Origin: Yuukianura sp. NJ FZ-2021
Taxonomy: Eukaryota
Assembly (NCBI GenBank): GCA_046563655.1
Contig: CM102287.1
Location: 3,658,001 to 3,722,000 of the forward strand
Length of the DNA stretch: 64,000 bases
Direction of reading: 5' to 3'
Shown: piece by piece, positions 1 to 11,820 of the stretch
Position numbering within the stretch: position 1 is the first letter of the stretch
Layout of the letters: each line of letters opens with the position of its first letter
Notes under the pieces: generated by a model
Seen by the model: the letters and a program-made list of their open reading frames with translations, nothing else
The model's database searches: none
Told to the model about the DNA's origin: nothing
Program-made: the position numbers and the translations under genes

Positions 1-541
1 CTCTGAATTGGCTTTATCCGAAATTTTTGTATGAGTTCAAAGTCCTTTGTCTTACGTATAAGTTGGTAACTGAGAAACAAATTCAAGCATTGCAATCGTA
101 TTATAAGCCAATTACAGACATGCATAGGTACCCAACGTCATCAGCAAAGAGTAAATTTGTTGTCACGAGTCAGGGAAAGTATGGCATCTCTACATTTCAC
201 TCTAAATCACTTATGTTATGGAATAATTTAGATGATAACATTAAGAAAGCCGGTACTTACTCAAGTTTTAAAATAAAATTGAAGAAAGCACTACTACAAA
301 AACAGTCACATGAATTAAGTTTAGGTTAAGTTTAGATGTAAGTTAAGTTAAGTGCTAATTTAAGTTAAGCAAGTTAAGTGCGCAATTTTAAATATATGAG
401 AAATTTTAACACTAATATTAGATAAAATTAAGGACTAGGTTATTAAGATGTAAAACCATTAGTGGGGGTCTTAATAATAGGTAACTCAAAGGGGATCAAA
501 GAATATAAATAAACGAATCAATCAATCAATCAATCAATCAA
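1..541 (+). mobile_element. 3' end of a CR1/L2-group non-LTR retrotransposon (ORF2 C-terminus, 3' UTR, microsatellite tail)
   Basis: ORF 27..329 ends in YGISTFHSKSLMLWNNLDDNIKKAGTYSSFKIKLKKALL, resembling the LWNxLP..SFKxxLK tail of CR1/L2-type ORF2. AATAAA at 508-513 is followed by an (AATC)6 tail at 516-539. Confidence 0.7.
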
Positions 542-865
542 AAGTGTGTTAACGCTTTATTTCATACCTAGTTCTCATGGATTCAAGTGAATTTTTGGGA
601 AGGACATGTAGGATTATGGTAGGTTTATATAGCGCATGCTTTTGACAGTTTTTCGGTAGGCAACGGACCGATTCTGTATCTGGGGTAGCCAAGCGTATGG
701 GAATAAACGGGGGTGATTTAGTGATACAAATTGGCAAATTGGATTTAACAAAAGAAAATACAATTCACCATATGCAACTTTCCAGTTATGTTGTTATGTC
801 TAATTTATGTATTCCTGAATTGTATATGTAGTCCACAGACAAAAATCGTAAAAACTTGGCTGTCC

Positions 866-2100
866 TTTTAGTCTTCTGGAGACGCACGTCTACGACGTGC
901 TGAAGAAGACTATTGATACGACTTTGTCTGTCTGTCTGTCTGTCCGTTCGCTTTTTTAGTATCTTTTGCGCTGAAACATTAGCCCTATCGCAGTCGGGGG
1001 GTCATGTATGGCTCAAGTGTTTTCTCTACCTCTACATTGCACTCAAAGTGTTAAGTTAACAACGTCAAAGTATGCGGCTGCTTCGCGTTGCAGTTTCTTA
1101 AGTCCTCAAAATTTCTGTGTTAGGTCTGCATTGCACTCAAAATATATTTAAACAACGAAGTTTTGATCTTCTCATTTTCTGATATTATGTTTAGGTACGT
1201 TGTTAAATTAAGACTAATTAGAGGGTAGAAAATCCGGCTTAAATTCGTAACATGCAAACAGTGATTGGCAGGGTTCAAATTTGCTTTTGCAACAATTTTG
1301 ATTATAAACAAGGGATATTCGAGTTTATAACTTATGCACTTAATTTAACACATGGTGCATTTATTTGAACCGATTTTGATTTTATAGAAGCTATATTCGA
1401 TCCCTACTCCACAACGTTCAATTTTGTGCATGTTGAACACTTATTGCACGAATGTAAAATTGTACAGTTATTTTGACGCTGGGTAATGGGCGTTGTTATT
1501 TCAAAATTTGTGCACACTGGAGAACAATAATTGAATGGCTTCGCGGAAAAAGGGGCAAACTGCAAATTGCAATTTGAGTTTCTACGGGCAACGAGTTGCG
1601 TATTGGCTTTTCTGCTGAAATCGGGCAGAAAAAACCGCTAAATCGGTCTGAAAAACCGTTTTTTCGCATGATTTTGTTTGTTTGAAAGCTGAAACAGAAA
1701 ACGTCAAAACGACGATTTTCAGTTTGCCCCTTTTTCCGCGAAGCCATTCAATTGTTCCGCGAAGCCATTCAATTGTCCACCAAATAATTTTGCTAACAGT
1801 TTGATGCAGAAATGTTGTGAACCAAAATAATTTTCAGGAGAGTGAAAACGGTTCAGGGCTAAAGCTGAACAACATTCTTATGCAAACGGTTTTTTCACAT
1901 TTTGGTGCAATTGTGCACAAAAAGGCCCCACATCTGCACTGAAAGTTATGAGCGACGTTTCGTTGCATAAATCCCGTGAAAACGGTTTCTTGACGTTTTT
2001 CTTCAACGGGTTTGTGGACAGCTGGTCTAAAAGTCGTATCAATTGCCAACTCCCTCCAGAAGACCTATGCTCAACCCTTGAGCATTGCCCTACCTTGTTT
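866..2100 (+). mobile_element. HINE/DINE-1-like non-autonomous Helentron, family A, copy 1
   Basis: 5' end TTTTAGTCTTCTGGAGACGCACGTCTACGACGTGCTGAAGAAGACTA (hairpin), then a (GTCT)n microsatellite. Subterminal IRs 871-881/2054-2064 and 912-924/2031-2043. 3' stem-loop ATGCTCAA-CCC-TTGAGCAT at 2067-2085. Ends in a T-run with no TSD. Confidence 0.9.
1533..1749. mobile_element. 217-bp MITE with AATT TSD (Sola1-like), nested in HINE copy 1
   Basis: TIR GAATGGCTTCGCGGAAAAAGGGGCAAACTG and its reverse complement. AATT at 1529-1532 and 1750-1753. A second copy lies at 18707-18924. Confidence 0.85.
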
Positions 2101-3074
2101 GTATTAAGCCCAAGACACTCAAGGTTCAAAAATGCAAACAGCTACTGCGATGTTGCTGCTTGCAGTTGTGTGCGGATTGGAATCACACCAACCCACACAG
2201 AAAACTTCTAGACCGTGCAGCACCTTTGGAGTTTCCACCCTTCAGCTCCACACAAAGTGAGAGATTGCATGTGTGTGTTGGACTTTGCGACTGCAATTTT
2301 TCTCTCGAATACAAGCGGGAGATATTTTCAAATGAAAGCCTCAATAAACTAAACAAAAACTTGACAACGGTTCAAGTTTGCGACGTCGCATATCAATTTA
2401 AGAAATCCAACGTACTTGTGCGCTCGATTTCTAACACAGCTTCGTTCTTTGAACGTTCTTTGATGTCGTTATTCCGAACATCCAAAAGAAAATTGTTATA
2501 CATTACCTTCCTGCATTGAACAACTTGAACCAATAACTCAAGAAGTTGAAGATTCTCTCCTGATCTTCCTCCCTCCTTTGTAATGGAAGTGGTACACTTT
2601 CTTCGGTGAAGATTTGAGAAATTGATATAGTTTTAAATTATTGGGACGTTACAAATGTAAAAATTTTTTTATTAATGTTAATTATGAAACCTCAAAATTT
2701 GCAAATGTAGAACACGAATATTGTTTTTGGCAATGGTTTCCTTATAATATGAGGTTCGCCGCCAGTAGGATTTCATGAGGCTATAGGAGAATCGCAACCC
2801 TTTTGTCTCAACTTTTTTGTACATCAATCAATTTGTAAGAGAAAACTGGTTGAAATTAATTAAATATGCATTAGATATTGAGAAAATAGTCGAATAGTCG
2901 TAGAAATGAGTCGAAAACCAAAAAACCCGAAAAATTCCGAAAAACCCAAAATTCAGATATTTCGGTTTTGGAGTAAGATTTCATGAACCTGACCAATGGG
3001 ACTTATTACCACACCTCTTGTGAAGCTCGATCTCGAATTTGGGGACATAGGAGTTAGCTAAAAAGATGGGCGGG

Positions 3075-3570
3075 TTATAGAAGAAAATGCGAATTTATAG
3101 GGTCAAATTTGGAAAATTCGCCCCGCCCTTCCGATTTGACGGCTCCACCCATGCGAGGTGGCAAATCAAAGACAATCTCAAGCACTACAACTTATCTAAT
3201 AGGCATTTTGTGGAGTTCCATAGTGGCAAACGCTATTACTCAAAATGAAATCACAATTCATGATGAAATAAACATTCTGTCACGAAAACCACTGTTTTAG
3301 AAATTTTCAACAATAGGTAAGAATAAGTTAGGTTGAGGTTAGAGTATTAGTGTTTGGAACTATGTTACCACACATCAAGAGTGTAATTTGCGTAGAAAAC
3401 TTTGAGGGGCCGTTTCACTAATTTCCAAAAGGAATTCGACGAAATGCCTAATTAATAAGTTGTTGTACTTGAGATTGTCTTTGATTTGCCATATTATTTG
3501 GGTGGAGCTGTCAAACCGGAAACCCGGGGCAATTTTGAAAGTTTAACCTATAAACTCACATTTTGTTCTG
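3075..3570. repeat. Degenerate palindromic MITE with arms of about 130 bp
   Basis: GGCAAATCAAAGACAATCTCAAGCACTACAACTTA (about 3160-3195) is inverted against TAAGTTGTTGTACTTGAGATTGTCTTTGATTTGCC (about 3455-3490). Confidence 0.65.
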
Positions 3571-4024
3571 TGTTGGAGGAATTGACAAGGTCAAGCCAAT
3601 AACCCTCGACCTTGATCAACCCCTCCAGTTAATTAAATTAAAATTCCATTTCCTTCCTCTGGAGTCTTACAGGCTCCAAAGCCTGTCTTAATGTCATGCC
3701 TTGTGACATGGTCCATGGCACAAGGTGAGGCATTTTGTGTACATGGACTGACGAGTGACCAAGGTCACGCAGCAAACCATGTCAAGACTCTCCTGCCCCA
3801 CCAACCTCAGTCAGTGTTCTGCTCTCTTTCAAGCAAGTAGTCATCAGTCACTGATTCAAAACTCCATATTCGAAACACCCCAATTGTACATCATTTCCTC
3901 AGTTTTTTCTTTCTTTTATAATAAAAGGGCGAAAGCCCCAAAAAATCCAACTTCTCATCTTGTTGTATTCGCCCGATTTTTTTCTCCACCAATCACAAAC
4001 CAGAGTTCGCTTAGAACTCCAACA
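3571..4024 (+). mobile_element. Solo LTR (454 bp, 5-bp TSD; Copia- or BEL-type)
   Basis: TGTTGGAG...CTCCAACA termini. TSD TTCTG at 3566-3570 and 4025-4029. A homologous inverted copy lies at 8737-9190. Strand is tentative. Confidence 0.85.
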
Positions 4025-4109
4025 TTCTGTAAGTCGGCCATTTCTAGGCATAAGTTACTTTGGAATGGAGCTTCACGATAGCTTTGGTTAGCGAAGGACT
4101 CGTTAGCGA

Positions 4110-4365
4110 AGCACGCCATAATCTAAGCAGCAAAAATCTAAGCACGCCAAAATCTAAGCAAGCCAGAATCTAAGCATGATGTTACAGTGGATTTCGATTA
4201 GGTTTGGTTAGTTAAATTGGTTGGATTAGGCTTTAATTAACGTTAGGTTAGGTTTGGTTAGCATAATTTCATTGCTAATTACCTAATTTAGCATGCTTAG
4301 ATTTTTGGTCAGCTTAGATTTTTGGATGCTTAGATTATTGTTGCTTAGATTATGGCATGGACTCT
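4110..4365. repeat. MITE with arrays of AATCTAAGCA / TGCTTAGATT
   Basis: Four AATCTAAGCA units on the left are mirrored by four GCTTAGATT units on the right, around a TAGGTT-rich core. Confidence 0.65.
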
Positions 4366-4848
4366 TTGGTAGTAAGCCCTCGGGCTCAGGTTTCCGAAAT
4401 TTTACTTCAAAACCGAAATATCCGAATATCGGATTTCTTAAAAAATTTCAGTTTTTCGGAATTTTATTCTCGAAATATATTTTTCAAAATACTTTTTTAC
4501 AAAATACCCGGTGTTTTATTTTAGGCCGAATTCATGTCTAGTGAACTCTCTCTCCTCTAACTAGAAATAGCGGGTGTAGATTGGTTCCTGTCGGTTGACC
4601 TGTGTCTAAACATTTAGACAGAAGGTGTGTCGCCTAGTATTTTTGAGACTCCAGTAGACATGAATTCGACATAGAAAAGAATGAATTCCACACTGTAAAC
4701 CATTACCTATGCAGAATATGAAATGCATTGTGTATAGTCCGGTACTTCAAATCTTTAACTTAACTTTAACCAATCATCCTCGTATCATTTGGAAGGCTTA
4801 ATGCTTGAAGGCTAGAATGTTTTCAACTGTTATACTGGGTATAGGTTC

Positions 4849-4924
4849 AACAATAAATTTGAAATTTTATTTCAAATTTATTGTTTCAACAATAAATTTG
4901 AAATTTTATTTCAAATTTATTGTT
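4849..4924. repeat. Tandem duplication of a perfect 16-bp-stem AT-rich hairpin
   Basis: AACAATAAATTTGAAA-TTTTA-TTTCAAATTTATTGTT occurs at 4849-4885 and 4888-4924. Confidence 0.9.
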
Positions 4925-6970
4925 AAACCTACTTGAATTGTTAATTTAATTTGAAAAAAAGAAGAAGATCCATTTCGAAAATTTGGCTGACTTGCCTGCA
5001 AATTGATAGGTCATACAAAATAACCTCCAATGAGTTCGGAGAGTGCTGGAAATGGTTAGGAAGTTCAAAATTTTTAAATACTGTCGGTTGTAACGCAATT
5101 CAAGTTTTACATATCCACCTTGGGTGATTTTTCGGAAAAAGAGCAACGGAATTATAGCCGAGGAAATACCTTATTCGGTGGATTTTTTTTGATTTTGATG
5201 AATTTTTGTCGCGAAGGCCCTACCGAGCTCATAATACCAAAAGAAAGCAAACAAAAATCCATTCCCATTTTTACCCCAGATTTTGTCAAAAAGATTTCTT
5301 TTTATCGTCCGGGTATAGTGATTAAAATGAGTTCTACATTAACTTCAAGGTACTCAATGCGAATATGAAGAGATTTGTCAATTTATATTTATGTTTGGTT
5401 AGGTGGCCAAGCATAGTGAAAATTTTTCTTCAAATTCTAGTCCAGAAACGTAAACATAAACTGATTTTCATCAAAATCCGTCCAATAACCTTTTTAACAG
5501 ATCTTTGAGGGAAGAATATTTTTTTTTTAAAGGCGGATTTTCTTTGACATCAGGGGTCCATAACGATTTTACAAAAAAAAAATATGATCAAATTCAAAAA
5601 CTTCCCACCGAAGTAGTTTTTCCCAGACTTTAACTTAATTACACGAAAAATCACCTAAACGGGACGTATAAGTTCAAGTTGAAAATTCCATAGAATTTCA
5701 AAATTTTGAACTTTTTGACGGTCTTCAGAATTTTGAGCTATTGCATCAAAAGAAAATGTGAGGGGTAATTTTGAGGTCACCTATTGATTTGCAGCCAAAT
5801 CTTAAATAACCTATTATGATAAGTTAACCGAATCCATGAATCGTCCATTAATAGTATAACAGATTGATCAAATTGAAATGTGGAAATATAAGATTGAAAA
5901 CTTCAAGATTAACGAGTACATGACACAAATATTAAACAGATTTAAGCAGTAGTTCAACAACAGTAGTTTTTTCTTTTTCTTTTGGGAGTGTCTAAAATAC
6001 TCGACACAACCATTTCTAAAGCGACTGTTCTGTATACTGGACCAGACACACACTCCCAAGTCTTCCTCCTCCGGAAAATTCTCACAGTGTCTAGTCCAGT
6101 AGACACAAAAAGGGATCAAGTTTGGGGGTAGAAGATTCGACATACTACTGTACACAGCATGTACCCAATTTCATTCACCGGGAATGCATTATTAATTAGT
6201 CTGAAATTGTTTTCTATTACAAATTTATGAGAAAAAAAGTTCGGACAAAAGGGTTGAAATCCTCCCATAGTGGAATGCGGCAAAATGGAGACAAAACTAC
6301 AGAAAAAAAGTATAGGTTTACCTAACCTAACAATGACTCGGTTCAACTTCCCACTTCTTGCAGCTTTGAGTCGCGGCGGCAGTTTGTGAGTTGACGTCTT
6401 CTTTAGTGTGGCTTCGTTGACTGCAACTGCAGAAGAGAAGCTGCTGCAGCCAGCTACAACGACCTGCGGTGCTACATGTAACTGTAGCGTGTATTTGTTT
6501 TGCGTAAAGCGTGTGTGTGCGTATCATTGCAGGTTGAGATTAACCTAAAGTAATATGAAATTGTGGTGCAATCCTGCAGCGCCAATTACAATACAAATAC
6601 CCATGGAAGAGTTTATTCGTCATCCCGTCGGCCATTTCCCGTCGGCCCCGTCTTTTCTCGTCAAAAGAATTTTCGTTTAAAGTTATATTTCCCTACTACA
6701 CTCTGAAATATTGACCGGTTTCATATCAAAACTTTAAATGAGTTCATTGAAATGAAATGTTGAAATCGCCGAAATGAAAACATTGAAAAGCGAATGCTTC
6801 AATAGCCAGTGTAGGACAACAATAATTGTAAGCATCCAGTGGATAAGGGGGCAACATAGTCCGGTGGTTACACTGCCTACCTCACTTTTTCCTACCCCGC
6901 AACAGCAGTACACAATTTATCTAATAATTTCGAAAGTTTTTTTTTTAGAATTTTTGAAATAATTTGTATA

Positions 6971-7849
6971 TTACAAACATTTCACTTTTTGAACCAGTTT
7001 GTTTTGAAAGTTTTCAATCGACACATTCATTTCAACAAATCGCGTCCATACATTTAAAGCCAGTATATCTATTAAGCGGTGAGTAAAAGCTGTAATTTGC
7101 GAATTCATGCGGTTACTGAAAGTTTTACAGTTCATACCAAAAGTTGTTAGTTGATAATAGCCTTCTGCAAATTCGTCAATGTCTACGTAATACGAGCATC
7201 CGCAAGTATAATCTACAAATTCCCATTTTTCTGCTTCGCAACCCAACATTTCTGGATCATCAGAAGGAACGAATTCGCAGTTCGTACGGCATGGGAGCCT
7301 ATTCTTGACAAGGTAACCATCAAACTTTCCAAATTCTTTATGCCGGTGGAAGATGGTCGTCGTATATCCTTTCGTCGAGCACCTCACCTGTAAAACATGA
7401 TACCTATTATACAAATTCACTACGCATCATTATACTACTCGGTGGGTTCTAAAGTATTACTTTGCATTGAGCAAGCAAATGCATTTATAAATTGAATTGA
7501 ATAAATAAATTGAATTCAAAATAATTATGTAATGTATTATACCACACTGTGATCTTACGTAATCTCCTTGCATTGTCAGACAATAGGTAAAATTGTACTT
7601 TGAAGAGTGCATGAAGTACTCAAAATAATCGGTATTTCCGCTGTCTTTTTTCCGATCCAAAGTATTGACATCTGTCGTTTGCAACACAAGTTCGTTTTCC
7701 TTGTAATATAGATCTTTTAAAGATATATCGCAACCGCTTTGGCATATTCCCGCGTTTGTTACCACAAATCTTTTGCCAAATATTAATGACCCTGATGTCG
7801 GAATCGTACAAGTCGCCAATAATGCAACAAGAGCCTTTAAGTTTGCCAT
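6971..7849 (-). CDS. Two-exon putative secreted Cys-containing protein, about 235 aa (exons 7849-7559 and 7387-6971)
   Basis: Signal-peptide-like start MANLKALVALLATCTIPTSG. A GTAAG donor after ..QGDY and a TTTTACAG acceptor join ORFs 7457..7921 and 6971..7420 in phase 0 with no stops. Confidence 0.65.
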
Positions 7850-8736
7850 AGTTGTGGGTACAACAAAAACTGTATTTGAATTGAAGGATCTTTGTATGCT
7901 AGGGACGTGTGCTAAGCACAATACAAGAGAAGTTTTATTGCTTCCTGGTCTACGCGGGTTACGGCCTATTTCCTTATTGATTTTGATTCAACTTCCTGGT
8001 ATGTCTCAGATATCCCAGATATTCTACAGTTGGCTCACCTTAAAACTGTCTGCATATTAGATATTAACAATAACACAAGAAATAGAAGGAAAACAAGTAA
8101 CTAGAACCTAAAATAATACAAACGACTTTCTTGCACGATTTTAGAAAGAGGAAAAAAATCGTTGTGGGTTCTGACTCCCTACGTTGTAAACATGTTCTTT
8201 AATCCCGCTAACGCGAGAATTGTTAGATGCATTGTAAGAGATGAACTACCCTGCACAGACCTCAGCAATTAGAACGTCTGGGTACCCGAATCCAAACTAG
8301 AACCTATGTTGTTTCCCCAAAAATGCGAAATTCCCAAAACTAGTTCACGACATGATGCCAAGCCTAACCTAGTACCTCTAAATTAACGTCGTTATTTGAC
8401 TCCAAAGCTTTCTTCGTGAGTAACTTGAATTTGTCTCAAAAATCTTCGCCCCATACGTGCTTACATCTGATCAGGTCCATAATCATTGTTGAATAATCGA
8501 TCCAATTTTAACTTAGGCACTGTTCAACCACCAGGTTAGGCTATCAAATTGCGTACAGTTTACTCAACAACCAATGAAACTGAAAATACTGAATGATCTT
8601 TAATTTGTTAAGGTTTATCTACTTTCAAATGAAAACCAATTAGTCTAATCTTAAATTATTAATCAGAGCCAAATCAGGTTAGGCTTCAGGTTTGATGAGG
8701 TAAGTCTGTATCTTGACCTTGATGGAGAATTGTATG

Positions 8737-9190
8737 TGTTAGAGTTCTACGCGAACTCTGTGAGAATTAGGAAAAACTTGAAATTAAATCAAGCCAGGTG
8801 AAAACAACAAGATGAGCGTTGGATTGTTTGGGGCTTTCACCCTTTTATTAAAAAAGGAAGAAAATGACGGAGCCTAATGTTTCGATTTTAGAATTAAAGG
8901 GAATCAGACTCTGTGACAACTGAGAAGTTGATAGGAGGAGAGCTACAGGCCGACTGAGGTTGGTGGGGCAAGAGAGTCTTGACATGGGCTGCTAAGTGAC
9001 CTTGGTCACTCGTCAGTCCATGAACACAAAATGCTTCACCTTGTGACATGGAGCATGTCACAAGGCATAGCACTAAGACAGGCTTTAGAGCCTGTAAGAC
9101 TCTGAGAAAAGAAAGAATTTTAATTTAATTAGTGGAGGGGTTGACCAAGGTCGAGCGGTTATTCACTCGACCTTGTCAATTCCTCAAACA
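8737..9190 (-). mobile_element. Solo LTR (454 bp), same family as 3571-4024, opposite orientation
   Basis: TG...CA termini with its own TSD GTATG at 8732-8736 and 9191-9195. Reverse-complement similarity to 3571-4024. Confidence 0.85.
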
Positions 9191-9634
9191 GTATGAGTTG
9201 ATGGTGGGAGAGCGAATCAACTTTGACTAGGTTAGGACCTAATTTCACCTATTTTCACTATTGTCACAATCTGGACTAATATTCCTTGATTTAGTAACTG
9301 TGATTATTGAAAGTAGCATTAACATGCGACTTATCGTTCGAGTTTCCGTCAGGAAGTCAGATCAAACTCCCATGTTTTGCAAGTTGGAGTTCTTGACAAC
9401 TGGAAACAAGAATTTCTTCTGTAACAGGAAGGTCTGTCTTATTGCTCACGCGCTTCATGGTTCTTGGGTTGATGATTAATCGAAATAAATTTATTTTTAA
9501 TTTTAGTTATACTGAAGAATTTGAGAAAAGTGGCTTTAAAAATATTTGACAAGAGATAATATCCCTTTCGCCTGCCTGTGGAAAAGACGGAACAGGGAGT
9601 TTTGAGTCATTATGTGTGTAAAATCCAATAAGTG

Positions 9635-10042
9635 TGTAGTGAAATGAATGCTTTTCTAAATGAAATATACACCTACTATTGCTTTTTGCAGTTTAGCAAT
9701 AATGAAAGGTTAATGAACTTTATTCAACGGACAAAGTTTGTGACAAGGCATGGGAGTAGGACACTAAGTCCTAGTGACCAGAGGTCTGGAAACAGAATGA
9801 ATGTTACATTGGCCGGACTGAGCCCATTTTATAGGGACTCAACCGGAAACCACAGGAGTAAAACAAAGTCAAATGTTACCCTACTCTGGGATTGGAAATC
9901 ATTTGTAGGCTTAAGTTCTAATTACAACAAAAGACAAGTTGTAGACAAAGCTCTAATTACAACAAAGGACAACAATGATCTATTTTTAGCAATTAACTCT
10001 AGTGAACTTTAGCAAATATGAAAAACTGACTGTTTCGTAACA
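9635..10042 (-). mobile_element. Solo LTR (408 bp, 4-bp TSD; Ty3/Gypsy-like)
   Basis: TGTAGTGAAA...TTTCGTAACA termini. TSD AGTG at 9631-9634 and 10043-10046. On the minus strand TATAAAA (about 9830) lies upstream of AATAAA (about 9720). Confidence 0.75.
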
Positions 10043-10046
10043 AGTG

Positions 10047-11700
10047 GTAAATTGAGTTGTTGAGTGGTTATTATCTGTGCATGGAAACTAATGTTGAATT
10101 AATCCAGAAATTGCTGCGATACACGACCTGGTTTCCATTGGTGGGAGGCATCCAAGAAAATGTTTTGAGCGACAAGCATACGTGAAACTATGTAGGGAGT
10201 CAGGAACGTGTAGTCGACGGATTTGTTTTTGAGTTCTGCATAATCATGGCGGTGATCCTATTGATCGCGCGTGAGTAGCTGAAGCTTTTCAGTTAAATTG
10301 TTAATTGCTTTTAGTCTTCTGGAGACGCACGTCTACGACGTGCTGAAGAAGACTATTGATACGACTTTGTCCGTCTGTCCGTAACGTTTTTTAGTACCCT
10401 TTTAGCTCAAACATTAGCCCCATTATTGACGGGGTTTGTGTATGGCTCAAGAGTTTTCAGTAGGTCTACATTGCACTCAAAGTCGTACATTAACAACGTA
10501 GAAGTGGGCGGCTACTTTACGTACCCGCAGTATCGTGGCTTCGCAAAACTGTTTTGGTTTCGATTGCACTCAAAGCATTTATAAACAACGGAGTTTTGAT
10601 CTGGTCATTTTCTGGCAGTATGTTTAATTACGTTGTTAAATTAAACCTTGTCAGGGGGTAGAAATTCCGGCTTAAATTCGTAACATGTAAACAGTGCATG
10701 GCAGGGTTCAAATTTGCTTTTGCAAGAAATTTTTATAATTTTGATTTCAAAGAAACGATATTGGACACCTGCCCCACAACGTACAATTTTGTGCATGATG
10801 CACACAATTGAAGGTTTGTGCATGTTTGAGAACTACCTTGAGCATTGCCATGACAACATCGACAATACATTATGTGCATCTTCCTCAACAAATGAAGAAC
10901 ATGAATCAAGAACGATGTTCGACCAACTTCTTCTTAACTTTCAATTTTGTGCATTTTGTTTTGTGCACACCAAATTAACAACATATTCAATGCAGATATT
11001 TTGGGCCTCAAAACTTTAACATGATTTTGGTTCAATTAAACGGTAAAATTGCCAAGACAATTCCATGAAAACTGTTTCTTAGTTTGTCCACAGTTTTTGC
11101 GGAAGGCCAGTCTAAATGTCGTATCAATTGTCAACTCCCTCCAGAAGACCTATGCTCAACCCTTGAGCATCGCCCTACCTTGTTTCCATTTTGTCTACGT
11201 TCTCAGTTTCCAGTAGCAATTTCTTTGGTTTCCACTTTTGATTGAACTGCTGCTAGGTTGCTGGAAGTTTTGACAGAGCGAGTGACGGAGGCTGCAGTAG
11301 TGGCGAGAATTACGATTGCGACGATTCCAAGTAGAATTCCAATTACTCGTTTGACGCGAATGTGCTGGTTGGTTGTTGTCTTTGGGCAAAGTTGATGGAC
11401 TGGACTTGGGCATGGACTGGAAGTACCAAAAATTTGATCGAATACCTCCCGAGTACTAACAAAAGTGGTATCGGTGTGGCGAGGAAGACTTCTTCTGTAG
11501 ATTCCAAGTTGTTTCCAGTTGCCAAGTACAGTTTGTTGGTAGTTAAAAATGGTTAATCACGGATCCTGTCTGAGAGTCAGCTGCTCACTCCCATTTTTCG
11601 GTTTACCACCGGCTGTGCAGATTTTAATCACCGTGCTTTCAATTTGTGAGAATTGACTCCACCACAACATTAGAGCTACGTTCGCAACGGTGGTAGACTA
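10047..11700 (-). pseudogene. Degraded envelope/class I fusion glycoprotein-like reading frame, split by HINE copy 2
   Basis: Manual translation gives ..CPSPVHQLCPKTTTNQHI-RVKR(11358-11347)-VIGILLGIVAIVILATTAASV... After a frameshift, and across the HINE, it continues ENVDKMEKAINNLTEKLQLLTRDQ*DHRHDYAELKNKSVDYTFLTPYIVSRMLVAQNIFLDASHQWKPGRVSQQFLD*FNIS. Several stops and frameshifts. Confidence 0.6.
10309..11185 (+). mobile_element. HINE family A, copy 2
   Basis: Same 5' hairpin/subTIR and 3' stem-loop as copy 1. Sits in a T-run without a TSD. Confidence 0.9.
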
Positions 11701-11820
11701 CGAAATCTTTAAACTAAATATTCAGGAAATGATTCAACGTTCAGAAACAAGAGTTTGGCTTTAACATATTTTATTGCAGTGATTATATTATTAATGTCAT
11801 GCAACTTGCATCTATACAGT

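Noticed and set aside
3571..9190. Composite transposon with 454-bp TIRs capturing the 7-kb gene
   Set aside because: Each repeat has its own distinct 5-bp TSD (TTCTG; GTATG) and TG..CA ends, so they are independent solo LTRs.
9635..10042. This LTR as the 3' LTR of the env-like element
   Set aside because: It is flanked by its own AGTG duplication, so it is a separate solo insertion.
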